From a candidate division WOR-3 bacterium (lineage in GTDB: Bacteria; Hydrothermota; Tepidihabitantia; SM23-42), in contig JALVOT010000015.1 in the NCBI GenBank assembly GCA_027026255.1, forward strand, positions 413 through 64,412: a stretch of 64,000 bases of DNA, written 5' to 3'. Positions 9,904 through 20,154 of this stretch are shown here, in pieces; the first letter of the stretch is position 1; each line of letters opens with the position of its first letter. A program made the position numbers and the translations under genes. The notes under the pieces were generated by a model. The model made no database searches. It saw only the letters and a program-made list of their open reading frames with translations, and was not told the DNA's origin.

Positions 9904-12092
9904 ATGCAGGGTTTGATTGTTCTCTTTATGCTGGGCATATCTGTTCCGAGCCCGTTTAAAAAAGCGCGGGAACTTCAAACAAACCAGTACTTATATCAAA
10001 AATATGAAATAATTAATAACCAATCGGCAAATCCCTGGACCTGGACTTTCGTTGGACCTGAAGGCGGTGATATTTTGTGGGTGGTGAGCCATCGCAATTC
10101 AAGCGGCGCGGCCCTTGCCTATCAATCGAGGATGTGTGGCGCACGACAGACGGCGGGGCGAATTGGGAGCTTGTGTTACCCGAATGCTGGCCTCAGGGAG
10201 GAGTGATGTTGACACCAACGACTGGTATTGTAGTTGATGGTGATGATGAGGTTTTGATAACCTCGGATGCCGGACAAAATTGGTCACAGGTTCTTAACTG
10301 TCATAATTTTCATACCGCTACCTTTGATGTCATTGATACCGTTATTTATGTTGTGGATAGTTTTCCACTTCGGGTGTGGCAGAGCACAAATTCCGGCTTG
10401 ACCTGGCAGTTAAAAGGGATGGTTAATTCCGCATATCTGGATAATGCTGATGTGATTGCTCACATACCGGAAGAACCGAACTGGCTATGGTTAATCGGAC
10501 ACCGTGGCACAAATGATACCATTGCATATATTTTAAATTCACAGGACTATGGTGCAACCTGGACATTTATTGATACAATCATTGCTGATGATATTACTGA
10601 TTTCCAGCAGGATCCATGGCATAGAGGACATACAATGCTCTGTACTGACTACGGTATATATCAGGCATCATCACGAACCGGTCCCTGGACCTTAATGACA
10701 GAAGCATTCATTGATGGTATTTATAAGCCTGTAGATATTGAGTTTATTGGTAATGATACAATTCTTGTTTCCAGTATTCTGAATCCCGGTATCTTTATAG
10801 GGGTGTATAATTCCGGAGTCTGGAACTTTAATCGGGTTGAGAATCGCGAGGTTTGCAGTAAGATGTCTTGTGGCGGCACAAATACATTCTACTGTGGGAG
10901 TTTGGGGCAGGGTGTATTCAAGTCCACGGATAACGGTCAGTCCTGGAATATTCAGAAAAATAATCTTTATGCCCAGGCACTTATCAGTCGCGGCGCAGCA
11001 AGTCAAATTCCTGATTCCACTCTGTATTTTATTGATTTTGGCGGTAATGTCTATCGCACCTCTGATTGGGGTGTAAACTGGACTGCACTGCAAAATTTTC
11101 TCTCTTATGGTTATGCTGTTGAGACCGCACCATTTGACCCCAATTTTGTGATTGTCTCGGCATTGAACATTGCGGTTGTTGGAACTACTATGACTCATTA
11201 TACAATCTATACATCCACTGATGCCGGGGCAAGTTGGAATCCGGTCGATTCTACTTATAATGCCTCGGATTTCGCTGTTTGTAGTAATCCCAATATTATT
11301 GTGGGAATCGTGGATACATTCTTGATTCGTTCTGATTCCGGAGGCCGTAATTTTACACCGGTTTTGGAAAATGCGCATTCCTTTATTAATTTGGCGGGAA
11401 TTGATACGCTCTTTGTGACAACTTATGAATCCACCTATGTGAGTACTGATCAGGGTGTAACCTGGTCTCCTTTGCTGGGTTATGGCGGCGAGGTTGCTTA
11501 TGATAATACACGGCAGTTACTTTACATCGCAGGAGATAATCTCTACCGATACGACCTCAAATCAGGGATTCTTGATAGTTTACGATATAATGCAGTTAGC
11601 GTTTCGGTTTCTCCCAATGGTAACCTCTATTTTCTTGGTAAAACCGATACCCTGCGTATTGTTCGTTCATTTGATGGTGGTAATACTGTGAGGGATGAAA
11701 TATTCCCGGTACAATTTTCTATGGGCGGTTTGATTGCTGGAGATGATGGCGTATTCTGCTATCGGGCATTTCGCGGTTTCTGGGTGAGTAATGATGTTTC
11801 CGGGATTATGGATTATCAAAAGGATTTACCCGGCGGCAGGACCTTTTTCGCTCCTACGATAATCAGGCGGGGAACTGCACTAAAGCTCTATTTTGAGATT
11901 GATAAACCGCTCGATCTCAGACTTGACCTTTATGATGTTAGTGGTCGATTGGTTAAAGAGATATTCAGGGGCAAAATTGAACCCGGGCGTCATACCATTG
12001 AATATGCAACCCGGGACCTTTCCTGTGGAATCTATTTTCTTTCTATTGATAATACCTCCGGAGTTCAGGTTTTAAAACAGGTTATTTATTAA
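9904..12092 (+). pseudogene. Secreted BNR/Asp-box beta-propeller protein with T9SS-type C-terminal domain, split by a 1-nt frameshift near 10119
   Basis: Frame 1 gives signal peptide and WTFVGPEGGDI; frame 3 continues LSIEDVWRTTDGGANW with many SxDxGxTW repeats and a LYDVSGRLVKEI...LSCGIYFL tail; the frameshift may be a sequencing error. Confidence 0.7.
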
Positions 12093-12110
12093 AAAAGGAA
12101 GATCAAAATT

Positions 12111-13097
12111 ATGAAAAAAATTGCTGTTTTAGGTGCAACCGGATTGGTTGGAGAAACGCTTATTAAGGTTTTAGAACAGAGAAACTTTCCGGTGAAGCAA
12201 CTCTATCCATTTGCATCAGAGAGGAGTGAAGGCAGGACTGTTGTCTTTAAGGATGAGGAGTTTGATGTTATCTCAGATATTGATGAGTTTATTGATGATG
12301 TGGATTTGGTATTTGGATGTCTTGACGCTGAACTGAGTCGTGAAATCATACCAAAATTTAATGGGAAGGCGGTGGTTATCGACAACTCGAATGCATTTCG
12401 TATGAACCCTGAGGTGCCCTTAGTTGTGCCTGAGGTCAACCCGGATGCGATAAATGACCATAAAGGTCTCATTGTCAATCCCAACTGTTCAACGATTCAG
12501 ATGGTTGTTGCCCTGGGTCCGCTGCATCGGGCATCCAAGATTAAAAGAATTTTTGCTGCGACATATCAATCGGTCTCCGGCTATGGTCGGGATGCAGTTG
12601 AGGAATTGGAGTATGAAAATGAATTTCTCGGTTTACATGAAGATATCAATGATATTGATGATAGTCCTTTTCCATTTGCGATTGGTAATAATCTGATTCC
12701 TCATATCGGCGAATTTTTTGAGAATGGTTACACAAGGGAAGAGTTGAAGATGGTGGATGAAACAAGGAAGATACTGCAGGATGATTCGATTCTGGTGAGT
12801 GCGACCTGCGTTCGGGTTCCGGTATATATCGGTCATAGTGAGGCGATATCTGTCGAATTTGAAAAGCCATTGAGTGTTGCTGAAGCAGAGGAAATACTAA
12901 GCAGTGCCGCGGGTGTGAAATTATTTAAAGATAATAAATATCCGATGCCCCGGGATGTTGTGGGTAAGGGTGAAGTTTTTGTAGGAAGATTGAGAAAGGA
13001 TACCGCCTTTGAGAATGGTCTGGCGATGTGGGTGGTTGCCGATAATTTACTCAAGGGTGCTGCCCTGAATGCCGTGCAGATTGCGGAGATGCTGTAG
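12111..13097 (+). CDS. asd: Aspartate-semialdehyde dehydrogenase
   Basis: GATGLVG, DNSNAFRM, NPNCSTIQ, ATCVRVPV, GHSE, DNLLKGAALNAVQIAE. Confidence 0.96.
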   Translation: MKKIAVLGATGLVGETLIKVLEQRNFPVKQLYPFASERSEGRTVVFKDEEFDVISDIDEFIDDVDLVFGCLDAELSREIIPKFNGKAVVIDNSNAFRMNPEVPLVVPEVNPDAINDHKGLIVNPNCSTIQMVVALGPLHRASKIKRIFAATYQSVSGYGRDAVEELEYENEFLGLHEDINDIDDSPFPFAIGNNLIPHIGEFFENGYTREELKMVDETRKILQDDSILVSATCVRVPVYIGHSEAISVEFEKPLSVAEAEEILSSAAGVKLFKDNKYPMPRDVVGKGEVFVGRLRKDTAFENGLAMWVVADNLLKGAALNAVQIAEML

Positions 13098-13099
13098 GC

Positions 13100-14269
13100 T
13101 TGATTGGCCTGATAGTCTCCCTGGTTTTCATCCTGGTCCTTTCCCGTAAGAGCCTTCCTCTGGCACTGGTATTGGGTGCAGTCGTCCTTGGTATATTTAC
13201 CCTGCCGGTATCATTGATGCTTGAAAAAATCTATCTTACCATTACCGACCTTTCTATTATTTTTCTCGCCCTGGCGATGGGTGTGATTCCACTCATTGGT
13301 GGAACAATGAAGCATAGCGGACAGATTGATGATTTGGTTAATAATCTGCGTATTGGCAAGAAAGGTCTGCTTGCCCTTTCTCCGGCAATAATGGGGTTGT
13401 TGCCGATGCCTGGGGGTGCACTTTTATCCGCCCCGATTCTGGAAAAGGGCGGTGAGGATGTGCCTTCGGATCTGAAGGTGGCAATTAATGATTGGTTTCG
13501 CCATCTCTTTGTAATGATTTATCCTCTGAGTTCAGCGCTCATCGCTTCGGCAAAGATGTCCGGGATGAGTGTCTATTCAGCGATGCTCTATCTCTTTCCG
13601 ACATTTTTCTTTGCCCTTTTTCTCGGTATAATATTCTTTATCAGAAGGGTTGAAGGAAAGATTATCTATCCAGAACGTTTTCAGCTGAACAGGTTGTTAC
13701 TTCCGCTTTTTATTATCCTCATCGCCCCGGTCTTTGATTTTTTGATAAAGAGTTTGCATATCTTTAAGATTAAAGAGATTGCAACGCTTTCGGGTGTTTT
13801 AATCGCCCTGGTTTTATCCATCGTCCTGAGTCAGAGTCGGCTTGATTTTAAAAAAATTATTGGGGAGATGAAGCCCTATAATTTTTTCTTTATTATTATT
13901 GGAATGTTTCTGTTTTTAAATATCTTTAAATCTACAAATGCCGTCGAGATGATTGCCGCAATACCCCTGCCGATTGCCACCCTCGGTGTGGTGGTCGGTT
14001 TTCTTCTCGGTTTTGCTACTGGGCGGGTGCTTTTACCGGCTTCAATCATCCTCCCGGTTTATTTGACCCAGGCATCGATTACCCCGGCGTCCTTTGCCCT
14101 GATATATACTGCAATCTTTTTCGGCTATGTCATTTCTCCGGTGCATCCCTGTGTTGGTGTTTCCCTTGTTTATTTTAAGGTTTCCTTAAAAAATTTCTTC
14201 CGACTTTTGGCATTACCCACTGCCATCATCTTCTGTCTTACCCTTTTTCTGTCATTTGTTCTGAAATGA
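13100..14269 (+). CDS. DUF401 family (ion-transporter superfamily-like) membrane protein
   Basis: Multi-TM; MGLLPMPGGALLSAP, WFRH, SPVHPC motifs; TTG start. Confidence 0.75.
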   Translation: MIGLIVSLVFILVLSRKSLPLALVLGAVVLGIFTLPVSLMLEKIYLTITDLSIIFLALAMGVIPLIGGTMKHSGQIDDLVNNLRIGKKGLLALSPAIMGLLPMPGGALLSAPILEKGGEDVPSDLKVAINDWFRHLFVMIYPLSSALIASAKMSGMSVYSAMLYLFPTFFFALFLGIIFFIRRVEGKIIYPERFQLNRLLLPLFIILIAPVFDFLIKSLHIFKIKEIATLSGVLIALVLSIVLSQSRLDFKKIIGEMKPYNFFFIIIGMFLFLNIFKSTNAVEMIAAIPLPIATLGVVVGFLLGFATGRVLLPASIILPVYLTQASITPASFALIYTAIFFGYVISPVHPCVGVSLVYFKVSLKNFFRLLALPTAIIFCLTLFLSFVLK

Positions 14270-14293
14270 AAATTTTGTAGATTATAATTATTT

Positions 14294-16618
14294 ATGTTCT
14301 GTCTGTTATTAATAATAATGGGTGTTCAGTCAATTCAGTGTTTGATAAATCCAAAATTTTCTGCTTATGGTATTGTGGTTACGGATAACCGGTATTCTTC
14401 ACTATATTTGATAAAAGGTAATCATCTGGAGAAACTTGTATCAGGTCCGGGTTGCGGTCGATATTATACTTTATCAAAAGACGGCAGATTTATCGGTTTT
14501 AAGTTGATATCTGAAGATGGTAGTCAGGTTCCGGTAATCTATGACATAATTAATAATAAGATTGACAGTCTTTTTCAACCCCGGTTTCAGGTTGGTCAGG
14601 TCAGTTTTGACCTTGAAGGCCGGTGTGCCTTTACGATTGGGAATCAGCTTGTTGTGATGTGTGATGATTTTATAAAAAGATATCCGCTGAGTAACTATGC
14701 AAATATTGCTCCGATTTCTCCGGATGGTGGATATGTTGTTTTTAATGACGCATCAGATCAGCTCTGGCTATTCAATCTTTCCGATAATAAAAAAATTTGT
14801 ATTACCGATCATAAACAGGGATATCTTTATCCGGTCTGGTCAAATGATTCACGATTCATCGCCTATACATCAATGGATGGTTTTATTAAGGTTTATGATA
14901 TATATTATAAAAAGAGATATAACCTCGGCAAAGGGATGGGATATTCCTGGACATTTGATAATAAACATCTTATATTCTATACTACAGAATCGGATGGTCA
15001 TAGATTGCTCAAATCCGAACTTTTTCTGGAAAGATACGATGGGAGGGAAAGGATACAGCTGACTGCGACTGATGATATCTTTGAGATGAATCCCGGGTTT
15101 TACGCCCGGGATAAGATTATCTTTGATTCTTATAAGAATGGAGAGATATGGACGGGCCGGATAAAGGATAATCAGCTGATTGGTCTGAAAAAGGTTTTTG
15201 GTTCTTGTGATACTTTCAAGATAAATTATTACGATGTAAAATATACCGGTTGTCGGGCTGGTTCACTTGATGTTCCATATTTACATCAGGTTTATGATGT
15301 TCCGGATTGGTTTGATGGGCACTGGGCATGTGCACCGACAACTGCAATGATGGGTATTGCCTTTTATTATAGGTTGCCTTTTTGGGATTGTCGGTGTTCT
15401 TCACCAGGTGGCCATATCAGTCATTATGGAAGATATATATGCGAGCGTTATCACTATTATGAGATTGATTATAATCTCCAGGCACAGGACCCTTCAGGCA
15501 ACCGGGCTCAAGGCGGTTATGGATATATGTGGTATGATACCAATCGTCCGTATACCCAGATGGCATTATATTTGTCAAATCATGGGTTGAATTCCTGGCG
15601 TGATGATTCACCAACATTTAATGAAACAACCGATGAGCTGAATGCTGGTTATCCTTATGGTATGTGTGTCGGGCTTACCCAGGCAGGCCATCTGGTGCTT
15701 GCGGTTGGTTGTGTATCTGGTCGGCATATCCTTATCTTTAATGACCCCTATGGTAATAAGAATACCCCTGGTTATCCAAGTTATGATGGTAAGTATGCAC
15801 GCTATGATTGGCCAGGATATAATAATGGCTATGAAAATCTTAATTATGTCTACTGGACAGTGGGGATGAGGGGAGTGCTGGAACCTTTAACAGATACGAT
15901 TGTTGATGACCTCCAATTTAATGGTGGTTTTTATTTAAATACTAATGCCCCTTCGTCAATGAAGTTCTGGCGGGATAGGGAACCTGGCTTTCGTCACCAC
16001 TTCTGGTGGACATACACCACCGCAGTATTAACTGAAGATACCTGTTATGCAATCTGGACGCCGGTTTTAGAAGAGTCGGGTGACTATGAAGTTTTCTCTT
16101 ATATCCCCGGGAATGATGCTAATGCTGCAACTGCACGATATCAGGTATTTCATAAAGACGGTGTTGATACTGTAGTATTGAATCAGGCAGATTATAATGA
16201 TGAATGGGCGTCTCTTGGTGTCTATCCTTTTGATACTGCGGGTGGTTATGTTTATCTCGGTGATGGAACCGGGATTCAGGGTGAGCACATCGGGTTTGAT
16301 GCGATGAGATGGAGTTTCAAGGGAAGCGGAGTTGTTCAAAAAAGAGGCGGCGGATTTGCTTATGCAGTTTCTCTATATCCCCAGCCTGCTAAAAAAGTGA
16401 TTCATCTGCGATTCAATTCCAGAAGGGTATGTGATTTATCAACCGCGTTGTTTGATATTACCGGAAGATGTCTCTACCAGGAAGATAGAACAACGGTCGG
16501 CCCGGGCTTGCAGGTGATTAACCTTTCTTATCCAGAAATTCCTTGCGGGGTTTATCTGCTCAGGATTTCACTTGAGCATAAAGATATATTCAAGAAAATT
16601 GTCTTTATCGATAAATAG
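14294..16618 (+). CDS. Secreted multidomain protein: TolB-like propeller + C39-like cysteine peptidase + Golvesin/Xly-type beta-sandwich + T9SS-type CTD
   Basis: SPDG/WSND repeats; VPYLHQ...WACAPT...GHLVLAVG...FNDPYG; AIWTP...GDYEVF...EWASLG...FDAMRW; YPQP...FDITGR...GVYLLRI. Confidence 0.75.
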   Translation: MFCLLLIIMGVQSIQCLINPKFSAYGIVVTDNRYSSLYLIKGNHLEKLVSGPGCGRYYTLSKDGRFIGFKLISEDGSQVPVIYDIINNKIDSLFQPRFQVGQVSFDLEGRCAFTIGNQLVVMCDDFIKRYPLSNYANIAPISPDGGYVVFNDASDQLWLFNLSDNKKICITDHKQGYLYPVWSNDSRFIAYTSMDGFIKVYDIYYKKRYNLGKGMGYSWTFDNKHLIFYTTESDGHRLLKSELFLERYDGRERIQLTATDDIFEMNPGFYARDKIIFDSYKNGEIWTGRIKDNQLIGLKKVFGSCDTFKINYYDVKYTGCRAGSLDVPYLHQVYDVPDWFDGHWACAPTTAMMGIAFYYRLPFWDCRCSSPGGHISHYGRYICERYHYYEIDYNLQAQDPSGNRAQGGYGYMWYDTNRPYTQMALYLSNHGLNSWRDDSPTFNETTDELNAGYPYGMCVGLTQAGHLVLAVGCVSGRHILIFNDPYGNKNTPGYPSYDGKYARYDWPGYNNGYENLNYVYWTVGMRGVLEPLTDTIVDDLQFNGGFYLNTNAPSSMKFWRDREPGFRHHFWWTYTTAVLTEDTCYAIWTPVLEESGDYEVFSYIPGNDANAATARYQVFHKDGVDTVVLNQADYNDEWASLGVYPFDTAGGYVYLGDGTGIQGEHIGFDAMRWSFKGSGVVQKRGGGFAYAVSLYPQPAKKVIHLRFNSRRVCDLSTALFDITGRCLYQEDRTTVGPGLQVINLSYPEIPCGVYLLRISLEHKDIFKKIVFIDK

Positions 16619-16841
16619 ATGAAACTCGGAGTTTTGTGTGACAGCCATTCTTTTATAAAAAAATCTAAACCAGGCGATTGATTATCTTCAAAGACTCGGG
16701 GCCGGGATTATAATTCATCTCGACGACAATGAAGTGCTGTAGAAAAAGCAGTTGGTTTATGTTGTGTTGTATGGACATACCCATATACCTGATATAAAAT
16801 GGAATAATTCATAGCTGCCAGTATGTGCAGTAAATGCTGGA
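16619..16841 (+). pseudogene. Relic of YfcE/MJ0936-type metallophosphoesterase
   Basis: Manual translation across frameshifts: MKLGVLCDSH / NLNQAIDYLQRLGAGIIIHLDD / YVVLYGHTHIPDI / AVNAG. Confidence 0.75.
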
Positions 16842-16911
16842 TTTGATGGGTTGTTGGAACAGGCGATTGGTGTTGTCGTTACGGTATTGAATGATGAAGA
16901 ATATTAATAAA

Positions 16912-18411
16912 TCAGTTCAAACTGATTATAAGCTGATATAAAGAACGCACACCAAATCCCGTTCCGCCTTCCGGGGTATAGAAGTCTTCTTCTTCAGCCA
17001 TTTCCTTGCCGGCGATATCAATATGGAGCCATATAGCATCTTCAACAAATTCTTTTAAGAATATTCCTGCAGTAATCGTATGTGCCTTTCTGCCTCCGGA
17101 ATTTTTGATATCTGCTACATCACTCTCAATCTGTTTTGCATATTCTTCAAAGAGCGGTAATTCCCAAAATTTTTCTCCGGTCGAGTTGCTGATTTTTAAT
17201 AATCGGTTGATAAGCCCCGGGTTATTACCCATTATTGCTGCGGTAAGGTCACCAAATGTCACCACACAGCCGCCAGTAAGGGTTGCAATGTCAATGATAT
17301 ATTTTGCCCCTTTATTCTGACTGTAGCAGATTGCATCGGCAAGGGTCAGCCGGCCTTCAGCATCGGTTGAGATGATTTCAATGGCCTTATTGTTCATCGC
17401 CCGAACAATATCACCAGGCCTTGAGGCGGTTCTGGAAGGCAGGTTTTCTACCGCCGGGAGGATTGTCAACAGATTGACCTTTGCACCGACCCGGGCTAAG
17501 GCAAGGGTTGTGCCCAATACTGCAGCCCCACCTGCCATATCACCCTTCATCGTTTCCATCCCCTTAGCAGGTTTGAGTGAGATGCCTCCAGAATCAAAGG
17601 TTACGGTTTTACCGATTAATGCGGTGAGTGGTTTTTTTGAATTTTTTATCCTCAGGCTGATAAAATACGGTTCATTACTACTGCCCTGGGCAACTGAAAG
17701 AAGCGCGCCCATCTTGAGTTTTTTTAATTCAGGTCTGCGCAGCGCCTTTACCTCGATTGCCTTGCTCAATTTTAATTTTTTGATATAGTCGTTGATGCGC
17801 AAAAAAAGTCTTTCGGGGGTAAGGTTATTAGCGGGTTCATTGATTAAATCCCGGGCAATATTCTGAGATTCCGCAAGAATTTTACCCAACCCAGTTCCCT
17901 TTTTAATCGCCTTTATTCGATCTTTATTCGATTCAATGATTGAAAATTGTGTTGGTTCAATATCATCGGGTCTATTTTTATATTCCTTGAATTTATAGAT
18001 TCCCAGGATGGTCCCTTCAATGATCGCCTGGCTTGCCTCAGCAAAATCTATGTCTTTTAGGTCGGTTCCATAAATGACTGTGCCGATACTTTTTGCCTTT
18101 GATTTTAATGCCTTTTTTATTGCCGCACCTGCCGCCTTTCTAATCGTATCCAGATTGAATTTTGTCTTTTCCCCCAAACCGAGCACCATCACCCTTCTTG
18201 CGGGAATTTTATTGAATGTATGAAAGACCACGGTTTCACCCAGTTTGCCTGTAATCTCCTGATGATTTATCATGTCGGTTATTATCCCCTGCAATACCTT
18301 ATCGAGTATTGTAGTATGACCCCGGGGTTGTTTCATACCTTCAAAGTGGCTAACAATCAAAATATCACCATCAAAATCGCATATCGGTTTATTTAATATT
18401 TTTATATCCAT
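16912..18411 (-). CDS. pepA: Leucyl aminopeptidase (M17)
   Basis: GKTVTFDSGG, MKGDMAG, STDAEGRL, DIATLTG, WLHIDIAG; start placed at ATG 18411 just after the -10 box. Confidence 0.95.
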   Translation of the reverse strand: MDIKILNKPICDFDGDILIVSHFEGMKQPRGHTTILDKVLQGIITDMINHQEITGKLGETVVFHTFNKIPARRVMVLGLGEKTKFNLDTIRKAAGAAIKKALKSKAKSIGTVIYGTDLKDIDFAEASQAIIEGTILGIYKFKEYKNRPDDIEPTQFSIIESNKDRIKAIKKGTGLGKILAESQNIARDLINEPANNLTPERLFLRINDYIKKLKLSKAIEVKALRRPELKKLKMGALLSVAQGSSNEPYFISLRIKNSKKPLTALIGKTVTFDSGGISLKPAKGMETMKGDMAGGAAVLGTTLALARVGAKVNLLTILPAVENLPSRTASRPGDIVRAMNNKAIEIISTDAEGRLTLADAICYSQNKGAKYIIDIATLTGGCVVTFGDLTAAIMGNNPGLINRLLKISNSTGEKFWELPLFEEYAKQIESDVADIKNSGGRKAHTITAGIFLKEFVEDAIWLHIDIAGKEMAEEEDFYTPEGGTGFGVRSLYQLIISLN

Positions 18412-18417
18412 AATATG

Positions 18418-18445
18418 AGTATACACGGATGGGACTGAATGTCAA
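18418..18445 (-). promoter_or_regulatory. Promoter of pepA (leaderless)
   Basis: TTGACA-N16-TATACT, ATG 6 nt downstream. Confidence 0.7.
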
Positions 18446-18582
18446 TTGATTTTGAAACTGAATTCTGCTATCAATATTCTTGAGATTTTCGGTCCTCTGT
18501 TTGGTGCATAAGGGACCGCAGTTTCTCAGGTGTCCCAATTTCCTGTGTTTTAATTACCGCGCGTTTTGTAAAACCAGAATTG

Positions 18583-18610
18583 TTGACTTTTTATCTTTTT
18601 TAATTAACAT
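18583..18610 (+). promoter_or_regulatory. Promoter of buk
   Basis: TTGACT-N16-TAACAT then AGGAGG SD. Confidence 0.5.
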
Positions 18611-18627
18611 TACAAAAAGGAGGTGCG

Positions 18628-19701
18628 ATGGCATTTAATATTCTGGTTATCAATCCTGGTGCTGGTTCAACAAGAGTTGCATTATACAAGAATAATACCC
18701 CGCTCATTGAAGAAAATATAAGGCATCGGCCTGAAGAACTTTTAAAATTTAAGCATATAATTGAGCAATATTCATTCAGAAAAGATAAGGTGATGGAGTT
18801 GTTAAAATTAAAGGGGGTTGATTTAAATAGTATTGATGCGGTTGTCGGCAGGGGAGGACCTTTTAAACCTCTGGTAAGCGGAACATATCTGGTGAATGAA
18901 AAACTAATTAATGATATAAAATCTGGTAATTACCAATCTGACCATCCTTCCCTTCTCGGTGTAATGATTGCCCAAGAGATTGCCCGGGCATTGAAGATTA
19001 ATGCCTATTTTGTTGACCCTGTTTCAGTGGATGAATTCTGGGAACTTTCAAGATTTTCCGGTTTGAAAGGGATAAGGCGTAAGGCATTGAGTCATGCCTT
19101 GAATATTCGGATGGTGGCAAAGAAGACAGCCGAAGAACTGAATAGACCATATAAAGATTGTAATTTTATTATTGTGCATTTAGGAACCGGAATTACTGTT
19201 GCAGCGCATCTTAAAGGGAGACAGGTTGATTCTTCAAATGCCAATGAGGACGGGCCATTTTCACCCCAGCGCACTGGTGCATTACCTACAATTCCTCTGG
19301 TAAAATTGTGTCTTAGTAAAGATTATCGATATAATGATTTAAAGACCATACTTAATCGTAAGGGTGGTTTATTATCTTATCTGGGAACCGATGATATTGA
19401 AGAGGTTGAAAAACGGATTGCTCGCGGTGATAAAGAGGCGAAACTTGTCTATGATGCAATGGTTTATCAAATTGCAAAGGAGGTTGGAGCATATGCGGTG
19501 GTTTTAAAGGGTTATATTGATGCCATTATCATCACCGGCGGCATTGCCCATTCAAAGGGGTTTGTTAATGAACTTAAGCAGTGGATTGGGTTTTTGTGTC
19601 ATAAGATTTTTGTCTTTCCCGGTGAAGGGGAGATGGATGCCCTGGCACTCGGGGTATTGAGGGTGCTTAAAAACGAAGAAGAGGTTAAGATTTATGATTA
19701 G
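18628..19701 (+). CDS. buk: Butyrate (branched-chain carboxylate) kinase
   Basis: ILVINPGAGSTR, VGRGG, VDPVSVDE, HALN, VHLGTGI, GPFSPQRTG, TGGIAH. Confidence 0.93.
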   Translation: MAFNILVINPGAGSTRVALYKNNTPLIEENIRHRPEELLKFKHIIEQYSFRKDKVMELLKLKGVDLNSIDAVVGRGGPFKPLVSGTYLVNEKLINDIKSGNYQSDHPSLLGVMIAQEIARALKINAYFVDPVSVDEFWELSRFSGLKGIRRKALSHALNIRMVAKKTAEELNRPYKDCNFIIVHLGTGITVAAHLKGRQVDSSNANEDGPFSPQRTGALPTIPLVKLCLSKDYRYNDLKTILNRKGGLLSYLGTDDIEEVEKRIARGDKEAKLVYDAMVYQIAKEVGAYAVVLKGYIDAIIITGGIAHSKGFVNELKQWIGFLCHKIFVFPGEGEMDALALGVLRVLKNEEEVKIYD

Positions 19702-19872
19702 AACCTTATTTGAAATTAATAAAGTAATCATTGATAAAAAAGCGTCTAAAAGTAAGTTGTGGATGGAGGGGGTTGTTGGTTTTTCAGTTATCCCGGGTTT
19801 TATGTTTTTTTAATCGGAATATCTATGTTATCGGTATAATTTAGTTATAATCCCGGGATGCTCTTCAAATAA

Positions 19873-19900
19873 TTGACACCAGCGAATTTTTGGGTATAAT
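19873..19900 (+). promoter_or_regulatory. Promoter upstream of iorAB
   Basis: TTGACA-N16-TATAAT. Confidence 0.65.
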
Positions 19901-20154
19901 AGAGTGATGTTTAAGATATTTAAATTGAATCATTCCCGTCTATCTTGCATTAGCGATGCATATTTTTTAAAACGAAAAAGAGGAATTGATGAAAACAACG
20001 GTGAACATGAAATTTGATAAACTGCTACAGTTTTTTCAGAGGCGGTTTTTTCGGGCAGCAAATCTGAGAAAGAGACTGGATATACCGGCACGATTGCACA
20101 AAAAAAGCGAATTTTTCAGTTTTACTGGTTCTCATAAGGAATAAAGCAAGAATA

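Noticed and set aside
18480-18536. Hairpin with CTCAGG resembling a glycine riboswitch
   Set aside because: Lacks the GGAGA/CCGAAG core and lies upstream of the predicted buk promoter
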